Origin: Fidelibacterota bacterium
GTDB taxonomy: Bacteria > Fidelibacterota > Fidelibacteria > Fidelibacterales > DSDE01
Reading direction: 5' to 3'
Length of the DNA: 64,000 nt
Assembly: GCA_046735395.1 (NCBI GenBank)
Contig: JBJKQR010000062.1
Location: 1 to 64,000, forward strand
Positions 1 to 12,601 of this stretch are shown here, piece by piece; position 1 is the stretch's first letter; each line of letters begins with the position of its first letter. The position numbers and the translations under genes are program-made. The notes under the pieces are model-generated. The model worked only from the letters and a program-made list of their open reading frames with translations, did not search any database and had not been told where the DNA came from.

Positions 1-2009
1 TGATCAAAGGGAATGGAAAGAAGCTGGCCCTGATCCAGACTGAAGTCGAGATTTCCCGTCAGCCTCCCGGTTCCCAGTTCACCATTGAGTGTCGCATTTA
101 AAAGCCCAGTCGCAGGAAACGAATCCAGTGATGCAAAACTTCGAAGTTCCCCGAGTCCGATACTGTCGAGAGACGCGTGCAGATTCACAGCTGCCGAATC
201 ATTCCTCAGTACGGTCATGTCAAGCAGACCCTTATTAAACTGCAGAACGACATGACTGCTGTCATGCGAGACATGCCCGAGACGGACACGGGCCGGAATC
301 TCCAGTTTCAGCATCTGATTCCGGATCCGTGCTGCCAGGCCACTGATCTCGAGAATTTTCCCGGGAAGAAGCCGTGCCGTACTTTCGATCTGGTCCTGTC
401 CGTTACTGAGCTGCAGAGTTCTGAGGCTGAGAGTGTCAGCGCCATTTTCCAGCAGAATCCAGCCATCCAGTCCGGACAGATTTTTCACTGCCATGTTATC
501 AAAATTGACATAAAAATCACCCTGCCGCCTGCTGGCCAGATGGCGAAGCGTAAAAAAGCCCCGAACCCGATCGCTTCGGGAAGCGAATTCCGGTAGCTGC
601 AATCCATTCATGGTAAAATCACCATTCAGATCCGGATCAAGAAGCTGCCCTGTGATCCGTGTATGAAAGTCCATGCTGCCCACAGACAGGGCTGTCGGGG
701 ATGGCTCCGGACGCAGTGTCTCCGGATGAAGCACCTTCGCCTGGAAAATCATATTCAGTGAATCGGGGGTGGCGCGGCCCTGCAGTGATGCATGCCCGGC
801 AGAATTTTGGATGACAAGGCTGTCCTGAACCCGGATTGCCCGTCCGGCGATCATCACGTCACCCCGGATGCGGGTTTCATCCATCATGTCCTCTGCAGTC
901 AGTCTCGAATCTATATCAAGCATCAAAGAATCCGACCAGCGTCCTTTCAGATCAATATGACTGTCGGTCAGCATAGAATCGGGGAATATACCCGCCGGCA
1001 GGTGGGGCCTGTATTTCAGATCCAGTGCGATGTTCATGAGTGAATCCCGGGTAATGGTTCCCTGCAGGCTCAGATTCATGTCAGATCCGGCCAGGTCAGC
1101 TCCGCTGATTTTCAGGTCGTTCCGGGTGAGATAACAGCGGGCCCGGGTCAGATGATAGGTCGCTCCTTCATAGCTGGCCTCACCTTTCAGAGAGAGAAAA
1201 TGTTCCGACGGATTTCCCTCTGACTCTAGGGTAATGGACATATTATCGTCCTGATTTTCCGATATGGCTGCATACCGGTTGTAGCTGAACGAATCAAGCT
1301 TCGCGGCAAGCTGATAATAATAGGGCTTCTGAAGCCGGACTTTACCCGTTGCCCTGATCAGTGACAGGGAATCCTGCAGCGATAAATTCCTGAATTTTAA
1401 AATATCCGCCACCCTCGAAATATTTCCGGACAGACCGTAGAAATGATGGTCATAGCGGAAACCGGATTCGCGGATGACAGTTCCCAGTGTATCCCCTCCT
1501 ATTTTCAGGGACAACTGAGCATCCAGATTGTCAATATGATACCGTGTTCCGGTCTGATCCAGATTCAGATCTCCGCCCAGCAGCTCAAGACTTGAAATCT
1601 TCAGAAACTGCTGTGACGGGGACGCGGGTTCGGAAACCGCTGTCGAATCGGCCGCCGGCAGAGTGATATTCAGATGCGGCTGAAAGATCTGTATTTCGGA
1701 AAAGTTTCTCCGCATCAGATGGAATGGTGAATAAAAATTCAGTACGAGTGAATCAGCCTGAAACCGAATCAGGGAATCGGGACCGTAAGCTGCAAATCGG
1801 GATATTCGGATTTCATGGAAAAGATTTGCCTTATCCAGAGTAAAATCGACATGATAGGACAGATTGCCGGCAGCCCTGACCGCCATTTCCTTCAGACTGC
1901 GATTCCAGATCGGAGTGAAGATCAGAAGGGAACTGACGACAGCTGTGCCGAAAATGAGCAGCGCAAATTTACTTAGGGACGCTTTTCGCGTGCGGCGGGC
2001 GGGACTCAT
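1..2009 (-). CDS. Large envelope protein, probably TamB/AsmA-like; 3' end runs off the window
   Basis: Not in the ORF track because the stop is outside the window. ATG at 2009 gives MSPARRTRKASLSKFALLIFGTAVVSSLLIF (N-terminal membrane anchor), then beta-rich sequence such as FSEIQIFQPHLNITLP. I translated the N-terminal part only. Confidence 0.55.
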   Translation of the reverse strand, partial: MSPARRTRKASLSKFALLIFGTAVVSSLLIFTPIWNRSLKEMAVRAAGNLSYHVDFTLDKANLFHEIRISRFAAYGPDSLIRFQADSLVLNFYSPFHLMRRNFSEIQIFQPHLNITLPAADSTAVSEPASPSQQFLKISSLELLGGDLNLDQTGTRYHIDNLDAQLSLKIGGDTLGTVIRESGFRYDHHFYGLSGNISRVADILKFRNLSLQDSLSLIRATGKVRLQKPYYYQLAAKLDSFSYNRYAAISENQDDNMSITLESEGNPSEHFLSLKGEASYEGATYHLTRARCYLTRNDLKISGADLAGSDMNLSLQGTITRDSLMNIALDLKYRPHLPAGIFPDSMLTDSHIDLKGRWSDSLMLDIDSRLTAEDMMDETRIRGDVMIAGRAIRVQDSLVIQNSAGHASLQGRATPDSLNMIFQAKVLHPETLRPEPSPTALSVGSMDFHTRITGQLLDPDLNGDFTMNGLQLPEFASRSDRVRGFFTLRHLASRRQGDFYVNFDNMAVKNLSGLDGWILLENGADTLSLRTLQLSNGQDQIESTARLLPGKILEISGLAARIRNQMLKLEIPARVRLGHVSHDSSHVVLQFNKGLLDMTVLRNDSAAVNLHASLDSIGLGELRSFASLDSFPATGLLNATLNGELGTGRLTGNLDFSLDQGQLLSIPFD

Positions 2010-2044
2010 GATAAAATTTACTTAAAAATCCAATCCTTTCATAC

Positions 2045-2080
2045 AAAAAGCAACGAAAGGACGCCAAGGCGTCCTTTCGT
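2045..2080 (-). terminator. Intrinsic terminator of dnaK
   Basis: Perfect inverted repeat ACGAAAGGACGCC-AA-GGCGTCCTTTCGT (2053-2080), followed by TGCTTTTT on the minus strand. Confidence 0.75.
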
Positions 2081-2111
2081 CATGTGTATATTCAAAAACG
2101 AAGAAAGAAAC

Positions 2112-4043
<1,932 letters not shown>

Positions 4044-4069
4044 TTAATATCTCCTTGTTTTCATTGCCC

Positions 4070-4129
4070 CCATTATGACAAGCATCGTGCCAGAAATAAT
4101 TACGCCATTATGACACATTGTTGCGCCAG
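4070..4129 (-). promoter_or_regulatory. dnaK upstream region: sigma54-like -24/-12 element inside a direct repeat
   Basis: Minus strand TGGCACGATGCTTGT (4092-4078) versus consensus TGGCACG-N4-TTGC; direct repeat CCATTATGACA at 4070-4080 and 4105-4115. Confidence 0.4.
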
Positions 4130-4221
4130 GTACAAACTAACCGACAGACGTAATTCACAATATCATCCAACCTAATTCCTTATTATTCAAGGAATTAATT
4201 CAAATATGACGGCTGGTTGTA

Positions 4222-6669
4222 TCAGCGAACGGCTGCGCTGCTGCGAAGATTAACTATATTTAATTTTTTACCGCGAAAATCTATTTTCAGGCCTTCGTCA
4301 AGTGAAAGTGAATTCTTCAGAAGCTGTTCGGCAATCGTATCTTCCACCAGATTCTGAATACAGCGACGAACTTCCCGGGCGCCCTTATTGTCGGAATGGC
4401 TTTCCCGTGCAATGTGCTGAACCGCCCCGGCAGAAATGTCAATATGACCGGGATCATCAAAGAGACGCTGAGAGAGATCACGGATCTGCAGCTGCACAAT
4501 ATCATGGATATTTTTCTCGGACAGACTGTTGAATACAATGATAGAGTCCAGCCTGTTGATAAATTCCGGATTGAAGGTTCGGTTCACGATCTTGTTTACA
4601 GCCTGTTTCTGAGCCAGATTATTCTCCTGATGTCCGTTGGCTGAGAAGCCGATGCCCTGGCTCTTTTCCGAACCGGCACCGAGATTTGAGGTGAGGATGA
4701 CAATGGTATTGCGAAAATCCACACGCCGGCCGTTTGAATCGGTGAGTACGCCTTCATCCATGATCTGAAGCAGAATATTGTAAATATCGGCATGAGCCTT
4801 TTCGATTTCATCGAAGAGCACGACGGAATAGGGCCGTTTCCGGACTTTTTCCGTGAGCATTCCCCCTTCCTCATAGCCCACATATCCGGGAGGGGCACCG
4901 ATCAGCCGGCTGACAGTGAATTTTTCGGAAAATTCGGACATATCCAGCTTGATGAGGGCATTGATATCATCAAAAATCACCCGGGCCAGGACTTTTGCCA
5001 GCTCCGTCTTGCCCACACCGGTGGGGCCGAGAAAGAGAAAGGAACCGATGGGACGATGGGGATTTTTCAGCCCTGCCCGCGTGCGGCGAATGGATTTGGA
5101 CAATTCCCGGATGGCTTCCTCCTGTCCCACAATGTGGCGCAGCAGTTCATCTTCCATGTTCAGATACTTGTCCCCTTCGTTGCGCATCACCTTTTTCACA
5201 GGGATGCCTGTCATCATCTTGACAATGTCCGCAACCACTTCCTCATCCACCAGCGGATAATTCTTCTCCTTGTTCTCCGTCAGGGTCTTTTCCGTCTCCT
5301 GCAGCTCCAGGCTCACCTGCTTTTCCATATCGCGGATTTCGGCTGCCTTCTCGAAATCCTGAAGCCGGATGGCTTCATTCTTTTCCCGGGTCATCTCATC
5401 CTTGCGGGCATACAGCTCCAGAAGCTCCCGGGGAATATCAAAATTTTTCAGCGACACATGAGCGCCGGCTTCATCCAGCAGGTCAAAGGCCTTGTCCGGA
5501 AGAAATTTATCCGTAATATATTTCTCACTGTAGCGGATGCAGGCCTCAATGGCCTCCTCGGTATATCTCACATTATGATGTTCCTCATAGCGGTTCTTCA
5601 GAGAATGGAGGATGGTCCGCGTCTGTTCCATGGACGGCGGATTGACCGTCACCTTCTGAAAACGCCGTTCCAGGGCACCGTCTTTTTCAATGTATTTCTT
5701 GTATTCGTCGAAGGTCGTGGCTCCGATGCAGTGAATCTCTCCTCTCGCCAGCGCAGGTTTGAAGAGATTGGCCGCATCCAGTGATCCCTGAGCAGATCCG
5801 GCGCCGACCAGCACATGAAGCTCATCGATAAAAATAATGATATCCTTATTCTGCAGCAGTTCATCCATGAGGCTCTTGATGCGTTCCTCAAACTGGCCGC
5901 GGAACTTGGTGCCGGAAATGAGATTTCCCAGATCAATATTGACAATCCGCTTATTCAGGAGCGAATGGGGTACATCATTCTGAATGATCTTGTTGGCCAG
6001 TCCTTCCACAATGGCGGTCTTGCCCACACCCGGCTCCCCGATGAGGACGGGATTGTTCTTTTTTCGGCGGGACAGGATCTGGGCGACCCGCATAATCTCT
6101 TCATCCCGGCCGATCACCGGATCCAGACGGTTTTCCTGGGCCAATTTCGTAAAATCCTGCCCGAAATTATCCAGAACGGGTGTAGCGGACTTGCTCTGCG
6201 TCTCCTTAACCTCAGAGACTTCAAAACTGCTCTCATAGTTCTGGCGGTTCAGCATTTCCGCCCGAACCTGTTCATAGGAAATATCACTCATGAGCAGAAT
6301 ATCCGATGACAGTTCCTCCGCTTCCTTCATGATGGCCAGAAGCAGATGTCCCGAATTCAGATGGGTATAATTGAGCTTTCGGCTTTCCAGATAGGTCATT
6401 TTCAGAACCCGTTCCGCCCGTTTTGTCAGCGGGATGGTGCCGTAATTTGCGACGGCGTGCATCAGTCGCAGCCGGTTTTCCAGCAGCTGCTGCATCCGTT
6501 CCGGGTTCATCCCCAGCTTGAGCAGGATGTCGTAGGCGGTACACTCGGGGTTTTTCAGAATTCCCAGGAACAGATGTTCCGTATTGATGTAATTCTGCCC
6601 GAGGGCAATGGCGTCATTCCTGGCGTTTTCAATTATTTTCTGCAGATTTTTCGAGTAGTTGTAGGACAT
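4222..6669 (-). CDS. clpC: ATP-dependent Clp protease ATP-binding subunit, ClpC type
   Basis: Clp N-domain repeats, two AAA+ modules ([16 protein letters not shown]), UVR-like [11 protein letters not shown] and GAPPGYVGY pore loop. Confidence 0.95.
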   Translation of the reverse strand: MSYNYSKNLQKIIENARNDAIALGQNYINTEHLFLGILKNPECTAYDILLKLGMNPERMQQLLENRLRLMHAVANYGTIPLTKRAERVLKMTYLESRKLNYTHLNSGHLLLAIMKEAEELSSDILLMSDISYEQVRAEMLNRQNYESSFEVSEVKETQSKSATPVLDNFGQDFTKLAQENRLDPVIGRDEEIMRVAQILSRRKKNNPVLIGEPGVGKTAIVEGLANKIIQNDVPHSLLNKRIVNIDLGNLISGTKFRGQFEERIKSLMDELLQNKDIIIFIDELHVLVGAGSAQGSLDAANLFKPALARGEIHCIGATTFDEYKKYIEKDGALERRFQKVTVNPPSMEQTRTILHSLKNRYEEHHNVRYTEEAIEACIRYSEKYITDKFLPDKAFDLLDEAGAHVSLKNFDIPRELLELYARKDEMTREKNEAIRLQDFEKAAEIRDMEKQVSLELQETEKTLTENKEKNYPLVDEEVVADIVKMMTGIPVKKVMRNEGDKYLNMEDELLRHIVGQEEAIRELSKSIRRTRAGLKNPHRPIGSFLFLGPTGVGKTELAKVLARVIFDDINALIKLDMSEFSEKFTVSRLIGAPPGYVGYEEGGMLTEKVRKRPYSVVLFDEIEKAHADIYNILLQIMDEGVLTDSNGRRVDFRNTIVILTSNLGAGSEKSQGIGFSANGHQENNLAQKQAVNKIVNRTFNPEFINRLDSIIVFNSLSEKNIHDIVQLQIRDLSQRLFDDPGHIDISAGAVQHIARESHSDNKGAREVRRCIQNLVEDTIAEQLLKNSLSLDEGLKIDFRGKKLNIVNLRSSAAVR

Positions 6670-6726
6670 CTGGATTTTCCTCAGATTTATCTTAATTTAA
6701 GGAAAGGCGGCGGGAGAAACAGCCTC

Positions 6727-7401
6727 TTATTTCAGACAGTGGAGGCGCCCGCCCTTCAATTCGCAGACCCGTTTCATGGGTTCCATCAGTACGGCGTCGT
6801 GGCTGACCATGAGAATGGTCTGCCGGAATTCGTCATTAATCCGGGCAAAGAGCTCCATCACCTGCAGTGCATTTTCCCGGTCCAGATTTCCCGTGGGTTC
6901 ATCAGCCAGCAGAACGGCCGGCGTATTGATGAGAGCCCTGGCAATGGATACGCGCTGTTTTTCACCGCCCGAGAGTTCAGCAGGATAATGATGCGCCCGG
7001 TCTGCGACATGTAAAAACTCCAGCAGTTCCAGAGCCGCGGCCTGCGCGTCCTTTCTGCTCCGGCCTGCAATCATGGCAGGTATGGCCGCATTTTCCACAG
7101 CTGTGAATTCCGGGAGCAGATAGTGGAACTGAAAAATGAACCCCACCTGCTGCTGACGGAAGGCCGTAAAATCCTTTTCACTTTTTCCGCTGAACGAAAA
7201 ACCGTTCAGGATAATTTCCCCGCTGTCCGCGCTGTCCATGCTCCCCAGAATATTCAGAAAGGTGGATTTTCCGGATCCGGAGGTTCCCAGCAACCCGACC
7301 ATGTCCCCCTTCTCCGCACTGAACTCCAGATCATCCAGAACCTGGAGCCGCTGACTGCCGCTGCTGTAACTTTTACTCAGATGCCGGACTTCAATAAACA
7401 T
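6727..7401 (-). CDS. lolD: Lipoprotein-releasing ABC transporter ATP-binding protein
   Basis: GTSGSGKS, GFIFQFHYLLPEFTAVEN, LSGGEKQR, ADEPTGNLD. Start moved to ATG 7401, which follows an AAGGAAGG RBS. Confidence 0.9.
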   Translation of the reverse strand: MFIEVRHLSKSYSSGSQRLQVLDDLEFSAEKGDMVGLLGTSGSGKSTFLNILGSMDSADSGEIILNGFSFSGKSEKDFTAFRQQQVGFIFQFHYLLPEFTAVENAAIPAMIAGRSRKDAQAAALELLEFLHVADRAHHYPAELSGGEKQRVSIARALINTPAVLLADEPTGNLDRENALQVMELFARINDEFRQTILMVSHDAVLMEPMKRVCELKGGRLHCLK

Positions 7402-7411
7402 AGTGCCTTCC

Positions 7412-8620
7412 TTAATTTTTTTCACGGATTGCCTGAAGCGGTTTCTGGCGATTCACACGAAATGCCGGGATCAGACTGGACAGAGAAATGATGACAGAGA
7501 GGGACAAAACGGTAACGAGGATATCTGAAAGCTGAACCTGCACCGGAAGCCAGGGTATGAAATATACATCCTGCGGGAGCGGAATAAAGGGAAAATACTC
7601 CTGAATCAGGAGCAGCGGAAGCGCGACGAGCAGCCCGGCTGCCAGCCCCAGTCCGCCATTGATCCACCCCAGGTAAAAATAGCTTTTCATCGCGTCACCG
7701 GGCCCCATACCCATTGCCTTCAGAATTCCCGTCTCCCAGCGCTTTTCCAGAAGCAGGAGCATGAGGCTGGCCACCAGATTGAACCCGGCGAGCAGGACAA
7801 TGAGATTCAGAACGAGAAAGGATCCGGCTTTTTCAATCTGCATGGCCGCAAACAGTTCCCGGTGATCATCCTGCCAGTAACGAAGGCGAGGCCTCAAGGA
7901 TTCAGGAAATTTTCCGGGGGCACAGGATCGGGCGGTCCCGGCCGATACAGCCAAATAGTCCCGGCCCGGATCATCCAGCAGATAGCGCATATCATCAATA
8001 TGCAGATAGGCATACTGCAGGTCGTAATCGAAGATATCAACCTGAAAAATATCGGCGATGCGGCAGTCCAGAGTCGGAGGCAGGCCCTTGTCGCTTCCCA
8101 TGATATCCAGAATACTCAGTGTATCGCCGCTGTGAAGGCCCAGCTGGTTGGCGATGCCCACACCGATGACAATCTCAGGCATCTCCGTCTGAGACAGATC
8201 ATCCGTTAAAAAATGATGATTGAAGAGATAGGGCTGCAGATTTACAAGTCTGCCGTAGGCCCGGGGACTGACACCCCTCACCAGCACGGCCCGATTTTCC
8301 CCGCCGCTGTGTATCAGCAGCTTTCGTTCGAGAACGGGAGACCAGAGGAATTGCGAATCCTGTGCCGCCAGGAAGTCCGCATCCTTCTGTGCGTCCTCTT
8401 CCGTCCGATGCCGTTCATCAATGCGGACCTGAGCCTCCATATCGGTGGCGCGGTTGAAGATGACATTCTGAAATCCATTCAGAATACTGAGAGAAACGAG
8501 AATGGCAAAGGTGCCCAGAAATACACCGATCACCGTGATCAGAGAGGTCAGTGAAATGACACCGTTTTTCTTCCGGGTACGAAAATAACGGAAGGCTGTA
8601 TAGAGCGGAAGTTTATTCAT
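7412..8620 (-). CDS. Lipoprotein-releasing ABC transporter permease, LolC/E family
   Basis: SILNGF after TM1, GILKAMG and DVYFI motifs; lies directly upstream of lolD. Confidence 0.88.
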   Translation of the reverse strand: MNKLPLYTAFRYFRTRKKNGVISLTSLITVIGVFLGTFAILVSLSILNGFQNVIFNRATDMEAQVRIDERHRTEEDAQKDADFLAAQDSQFLWSPVLERKLLIHSGGENRAVLVRGVSPRAYGRLVNLQPYLFNHHFLTDDLSQTEMPEIVIGVGIANQLGLHSGDTLSILDIMGSDKGLPPTLDCRIADIFQVDIFDYDLQYAYLHIDDMRYLLDDPGRDYLAVSAGTARSCAPGKFPESLRPRLRYWQDDHRELFAAMQIEKAGSFLVLNLIVLLAGFNLVASLMLLLLEKRWETGILKAMGMGPGDAMKSYFYLGWINGGLGLAAGLLVALPLLLIQEYFPFIPLPQDVYFIPWLPVQVQLSDILVTVLSLSVIISLSSLIPAFRVNRQKPLQAIREKN

Positions 8621-9821
8621 ATCTCAGCAGCTCATAGGGTTTTACGGCAGCCGCCCGGGAGGCGGGATAGAGTGAAGCGGCCAGAGATACGGCCAGGCCG
8701 ACGGCCGTCACGAGGGCGATGATGGAAAAATTGATTTCGATGGGAATCCGGTCCACAAAATACACGTCGGATGAAATACTGATCCAGGCATATTTCATCT
8801 GGCCCCACTCGATGAATTTTGCCAGGGCGATCCCGATGCTGAGGCCGACAGAGGACATAATGAGCCCGTCCAGAAAGAACAGGGCCCGGATCCGGGCTCC
8901 GGAAAGTCCCATGGCTTTCAGAATGGCAATTTCCTTCTCCTTCACAATCACAATCATCACCAGTGTGGAGATAATATTGACAATGGCGACGAGCGCGATG
9001 AGTCCGAATATGAGCATGATGGGCAGCTGCTGCGTTTCCAGCCAGCGGAACAGGGTATAGTGCCGTTCCTTCCAGGTCAGAAAATAGAAGGGGTAGGTCA
9101 CACGGGCATCGAACCACTGGGACAGAAAGGGCAGATTCTGCGGATCGCGCACAAGGATCTGGTAGCCGGATATCCTGTCGCCGGCATGAAAAATGTCACG
9201 AAACGTTTCCAGGCTCATATAAGCCAGTGTCTTGTCATATTCGCTCATCCCGGTCGAAAAGATTCCTGATACGGTACAGCTGTGCCGTTCAAAACCCCGG
9301 TACAGCGAATAATCCCCATTAATCCGGATCAGATCAATCGTATCACCCGCAGCCACATTCAGCGCTTCGGCAGCGCCCTTGCCCAGGAGTATTGCTCCCG
9401 GCTTCAGGTCCAGGCTTCCGGCGATGATTTCTTTGGACGAGGCGTGAATCGTCTGAAACGCCGATGGATCGAGCGCCTCGATCAGTACACCTTCATTGCC
9501 GTCCCGGCTTTTCAGAATGCCTTCGCCGCTGCAGAAGGGCGCATACACCGTGACAAAGGAGGCCGAATCCAGTTCCGCTTCCAGAGTACGGTCCCGGTCC
9601 AGCATCCGGTCCGGCAGATTTACCACTCGCACATGGGCGTCAAAACCGGTGATTTTTCGTATCAGATTGGTTTCGAATCCCCGGAGAATCCCGGCAGTCA
9701 GCGTCAGGGCAACCGTTCCCAGCACCAGGCCTATCACCGCAAGACTGCGGATAAAGGGCAGAAACTGCACTGTCCGGTTCCGGACAGCCATTTTCCCGGC
9801 CAGGAAGAGTTCGAAAATCAT
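8613..9821 (-). CDS. Lipoprotein-releasing ABC transporter permease, LolC/E family
   Basis: GILRGFE, KEKEIAILKAMG, DVYFVDRIP and C-terminal LLRYE. Confidence 0.88.
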   Translation of the reverse strand: MIFELFLAGKMAVRNRTVQFLPFIRSLAVIGLVLGTVALTLTAGILRGFETNLIRKITGFDAHVRVVNLPDRMLDRDRTLEAELDSASFVTVYAPFCSGEGILKSRDGNEGVLIEALDPSAFQTIHASSKEIIAGSLDLKPGAILLGKGAAEALNVAAGDTIDLIRINGDYSLYRGFERHSCTVSGIFSTGMSEYDKTLAYMSLETFRDIFHAGDRISGYQILVRDPQNLPFLSQWFDARVTYPFYFLTWKERHYTLFRWLETQQLPIMLIFGLIALVAIVNIISTLVMIVIVKEKEIAILKAMGLSGARIRALFFLDGLIMSSVGLSIGIALAKFIEWGQMKYAWISISSDVYFVDRIPIEINFSIIALVTAVGLAVSLAASLYPASRAAAVKPYELLRYE

Positions 9822-9830
9822 ATTTATCCG

Positions 9831-11330
9831 TTATTCAGGTTTCATTGCAGGAAACAGGATTACATCCTTGATGGAGGTCTGCCCCGTGAAGAGCATCACC
9901 AGCCGGTCAATCCCGATACCGCAGCCACCGGTAGGCGGCATTCCGGTTTCAATAGCCTGGATAAAATCCTCATCGAAGGTCTGGGCCTCCTTGTCACCGG
10001 CAGCCCGCAGCGCAGCCTGGGATTCGAGACGTTCCCGCTGATCCACGGGATCATTCAGTTCGGAAAAGGCATTCGCATATTCGGTGCCGCAGATAAAGAG
10101 TTCGAAGCGTTCCACAAACTTGCTGTCGCCGTCCCGTTTCATTTTTGCCAGGGGACTGATTTCCTTGGGATAATCTATCACGAAGGTGGGCTGGATCAGA
10201 TTCGGCTCCACAAATTCCCCGAAGAGTTCGTCGATAATATTTCCGTAGTTCCAGCTGCTGTCCACCTTCAATCCTTTTTTGACGGCGAGCTCCGCCAGTT
10301 CGTCCCGTCCTGCATTGCGGATATCGGTGCCGACATATTCCTGAAAGAGATCAAACATGGCCCTGCGGGCAAAGGGTTCATTCAGACGGATAGTCTGGTC
10401 ACGATAGGTCAGCTCCTCGACGGACAGCATGTCCGCAATGCTGCGGAAGACGCCTTCCACCCGGTCCATCATGGTAAAATAGTCCACATAGGCTTCGTAA
10501 AATTCGATGGCGGTGAATTCGGGATTGTGATTCCGGTCCATTCCCTCATTCCGGAAATTCTTGGCAATTTCATAGACCTTGTCAAAACCACCGACGATGA
10601 GCCGTTTCAGATACAGTTCATCGGCAATGCGTAAAAATAATTCCATATCGAGGGTATTGTGGTGGGTCTTGAAAGGCCGCGCGCTGGCACCGCCGTAAAG
10701 AGGCTGAAGCACGGGTGTCTCCACTTCCAGAAAACCCAGTCCGTCAAAATAATCCCGGATCGCCCGCAGAATACGGCTGCGGGTGCGAAAGGCCTCCCGG
10801 ACCTCCGGATTCACTATCAGGTCCAGATAGCGTTTCCGATAGCGGAGTTCCTTGTCGCTGAAGGCATCATGAACCACGCCGTCCTTTTCCTTCACAATGG
10901 GCAGGGGACGGATATTCTTCGACAGCAGCCGGATTTCGGAGGCCATCACCGTAATTTCGCCGGTTCGCGTCTTCATCACCGAACCCGTAACACCGAGAAT
11001 ATCGCCTATATCCAGCATTTTAAACATTTTATAGCTGTCCTCACCCACATCGTTGCGGGAAACATAAATCTGTATGCGCCCTTCCGAATCCTGAAGATGG
11101 GCAAAACTGGCCTTCCCCATGATCCGCACCGCCATCATGCGACCGGCAATACTCACCGACTGTTCTTCCAGCGCTTCAAAATTTCCGGTAATCCCGGCGC
11201 TGCTCTGTGTCACATTGAAACTGTAGGGATAGGGCTCCACACCCATCTCACGCAGCTGAGTCAATTTCTGTTTTCTCTGACGCAGTATTTCGTCGAGCGT
11301 GGAATGACTTTCTTGATTCTGTTCGGACAT
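9831..11330 (-). CDS. lysS: Lysine--tRNA ligase, class II
   Basis: RYRKRYLDL, FLEVETP, FRNEG..HNPEF, GMPPTGGCGIGIDRL. Confidence 0.98.
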   Translation of the reverse strand: MSEQNQESHSTLDEILRQRKQKLTQLREMGVEPYPYSFNVTQSSAGITGNFEALEEQSVSIAGRMMAVRIMGKASFAHLQDSEGRIQIYVSRNDVGEDSYKMFKMLDIGDILGVTGSVMKTRTGEITVMASEIRLLSKNIRPLPIVKEKDGVVHDAFSDKELRYRKRYLDLIVNPEVREAFRTRSRILRAIRDYFDGLGFLEVETPVLQPLYGGASARPFKTHHNTLDMELFLRIADELYLKRLIVGGFDKVYEIAKNFRNEGMDRNHNPEFTAIEFYEAYVDYFTMMDRVEGVFRSIADMLSVEELTYRDQTIRLNEPFARRAMFDLFQEYVGTDIRNAGRDELAELAVKKGLKVDSSWNYGNIIDELFGEFVEPNLIQPTFVIDYPKEISPLAKMKRDGDSKFVERFELFICGTEYANAFSELNDPVDQRERLESQAALRAAGDKEAQTFDEDFIQAIETGMPPTGGCGIGIDRLVMLFTGQTSIKDVILFPAMKPE

Positions 11331-11350
11331 GCTTTCTCCTCTATCCTCTG

Positions 11351-12469
11351 TTATTCCTCAGTTTCGTTCATTTTACGGTACTTCCAGGCCAGAAAGGCAT
11401 GGATGAAGGGATTGAGATTCCCATCCATCACGGCCTGAATATTTCCGGTTTCATAACCGCTGCGCGTATCCTTCACCATGGTATAGGGCTGAAAGACATA
11501 GCTTCGGATCTGACTGCCCCAGGCAATATCCATCTTGCTCTTGTCCAGCTCGTTCCGCCGGGCCTTTTCCTCCTCAGACTGCCTCTGATACAGACGGGAA
11601 TAGAGGATTTTCATGGCTACATCCTTGTTTTTATGCTGGGACCGTTCATTCTGGCAGCTGACAACGATTCCCGTGGGAAGATGGGTAATCCGGACGGCCG
11701 AATCGGTCTTGTTCACATGCTGGCCTCCGGCCCCGCTGGCCCGAAAGGTATCGATGCGCAGGTCCACCGGATTGATTTCGATATCGGGCACTTCATCAAA
11801 AACCGGGTAGGCAAAAACCGAGGCAAAGGACGTATGTCTGCGGGCGTTGCTGTCGAAGGGGGAAATTCTCACCAGGCGGTGAACTCCGCTCTCCGCATTC
11901 ACATAGCCATAGGCATAATTGCCCTTGACCTCAATGACAACTTCCTTGATTCCGGCGATTTCACCGGGCAGATAATTCAGGACCCGATACTCAAATCCCC
12001 GGTCATCCAGCCAGCGTGTATACATGCGAAAAAGCATGCTGGCCCAGTCCATGGACTCCGTTCCCCCGGCTCCGGGCCGGATTTCCAATATCGCATCCCG
12101 CCGGTCGTGCTCACCGCTCAGAAGCTTTTCACTCTCAATATCATCCAGATTCTTTTCCAGTGCGGCCAGCAGCGACTTGAATTCATCCAGAACATCATTG
12201 TCCTCTTCCATCATCATGACGTAGAGATCAATATCTTCGGTCTGCTGCTGTACCTTTTTCCAGCGTTCCTGCTCAAATTCGATCCCGGCAAGTTCCCGGT
12301 TGACGGCCTGGGCACGGTCCTGATCCTGCCAGAAGCCGTCCTCGGTCGTCATGTCCCGGAGTTCGGCCAGGCGCTCGGACTTGGCATCCACATCCATGTA
12401 TTTTTTTACATCGGCTGTCTTGCGCTTAAGTTTTTCGCTCATATCGAGAATGCTGTCAGGAATCTGCAT
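11351..12469 (-). CDS. prfB: Peptide chain release factor 2, single uninterrupted ORF
   Basis: SPF anticodon-mimic (RISPFD), GGQ motif and WGSQIRSY; sits upstream of lysS. Confidence 0.97.
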   Translation of the reverse strand: MQIPDSILDMSEKLKRKTADVKKYMDVDAKSERLAELRDMTTEDGFWQDQDRAQAVNRELAGIEFEQERWKKVQQQTEDIDLYVMMMEEDNDVLDEFKSLLAALEKNLDDIESEKLLSGEHDRRDAILEIRPGAGGTESMDWASMLFRMYTRWLDDRGFEYRVLNYLPGEIAGIKEVVIEVKGNYAYGYVNAESGVHRLVRISPFDSNARRHTSFASVFAYPVFDEVPDIEINPVDLRIDTFRASGAGGQHVNKTDSAVRITHLPTGIVVSCQNERSQHKNKDVAMKILYSRLYQRQSEEEKARRNELDKSKMDIAWGSQIRSYVFQPYTMVKDTRSGYETGNIQAVMDGNLNPFIHAFLAWKYRKMNETEE

Positions 12470-12601
12470 ATCTTCCCTTTATGCTTTTAGGTCTGCCCTT
12501 GAGGCAGTCAGTATTTTTTGGATTTGGAATATGTGACAGGCTTGGTATTCACGGCCGGAATTTACGTAAAAACAGGCGGGGATAAAAGGGGATTGCACAG
12601 G

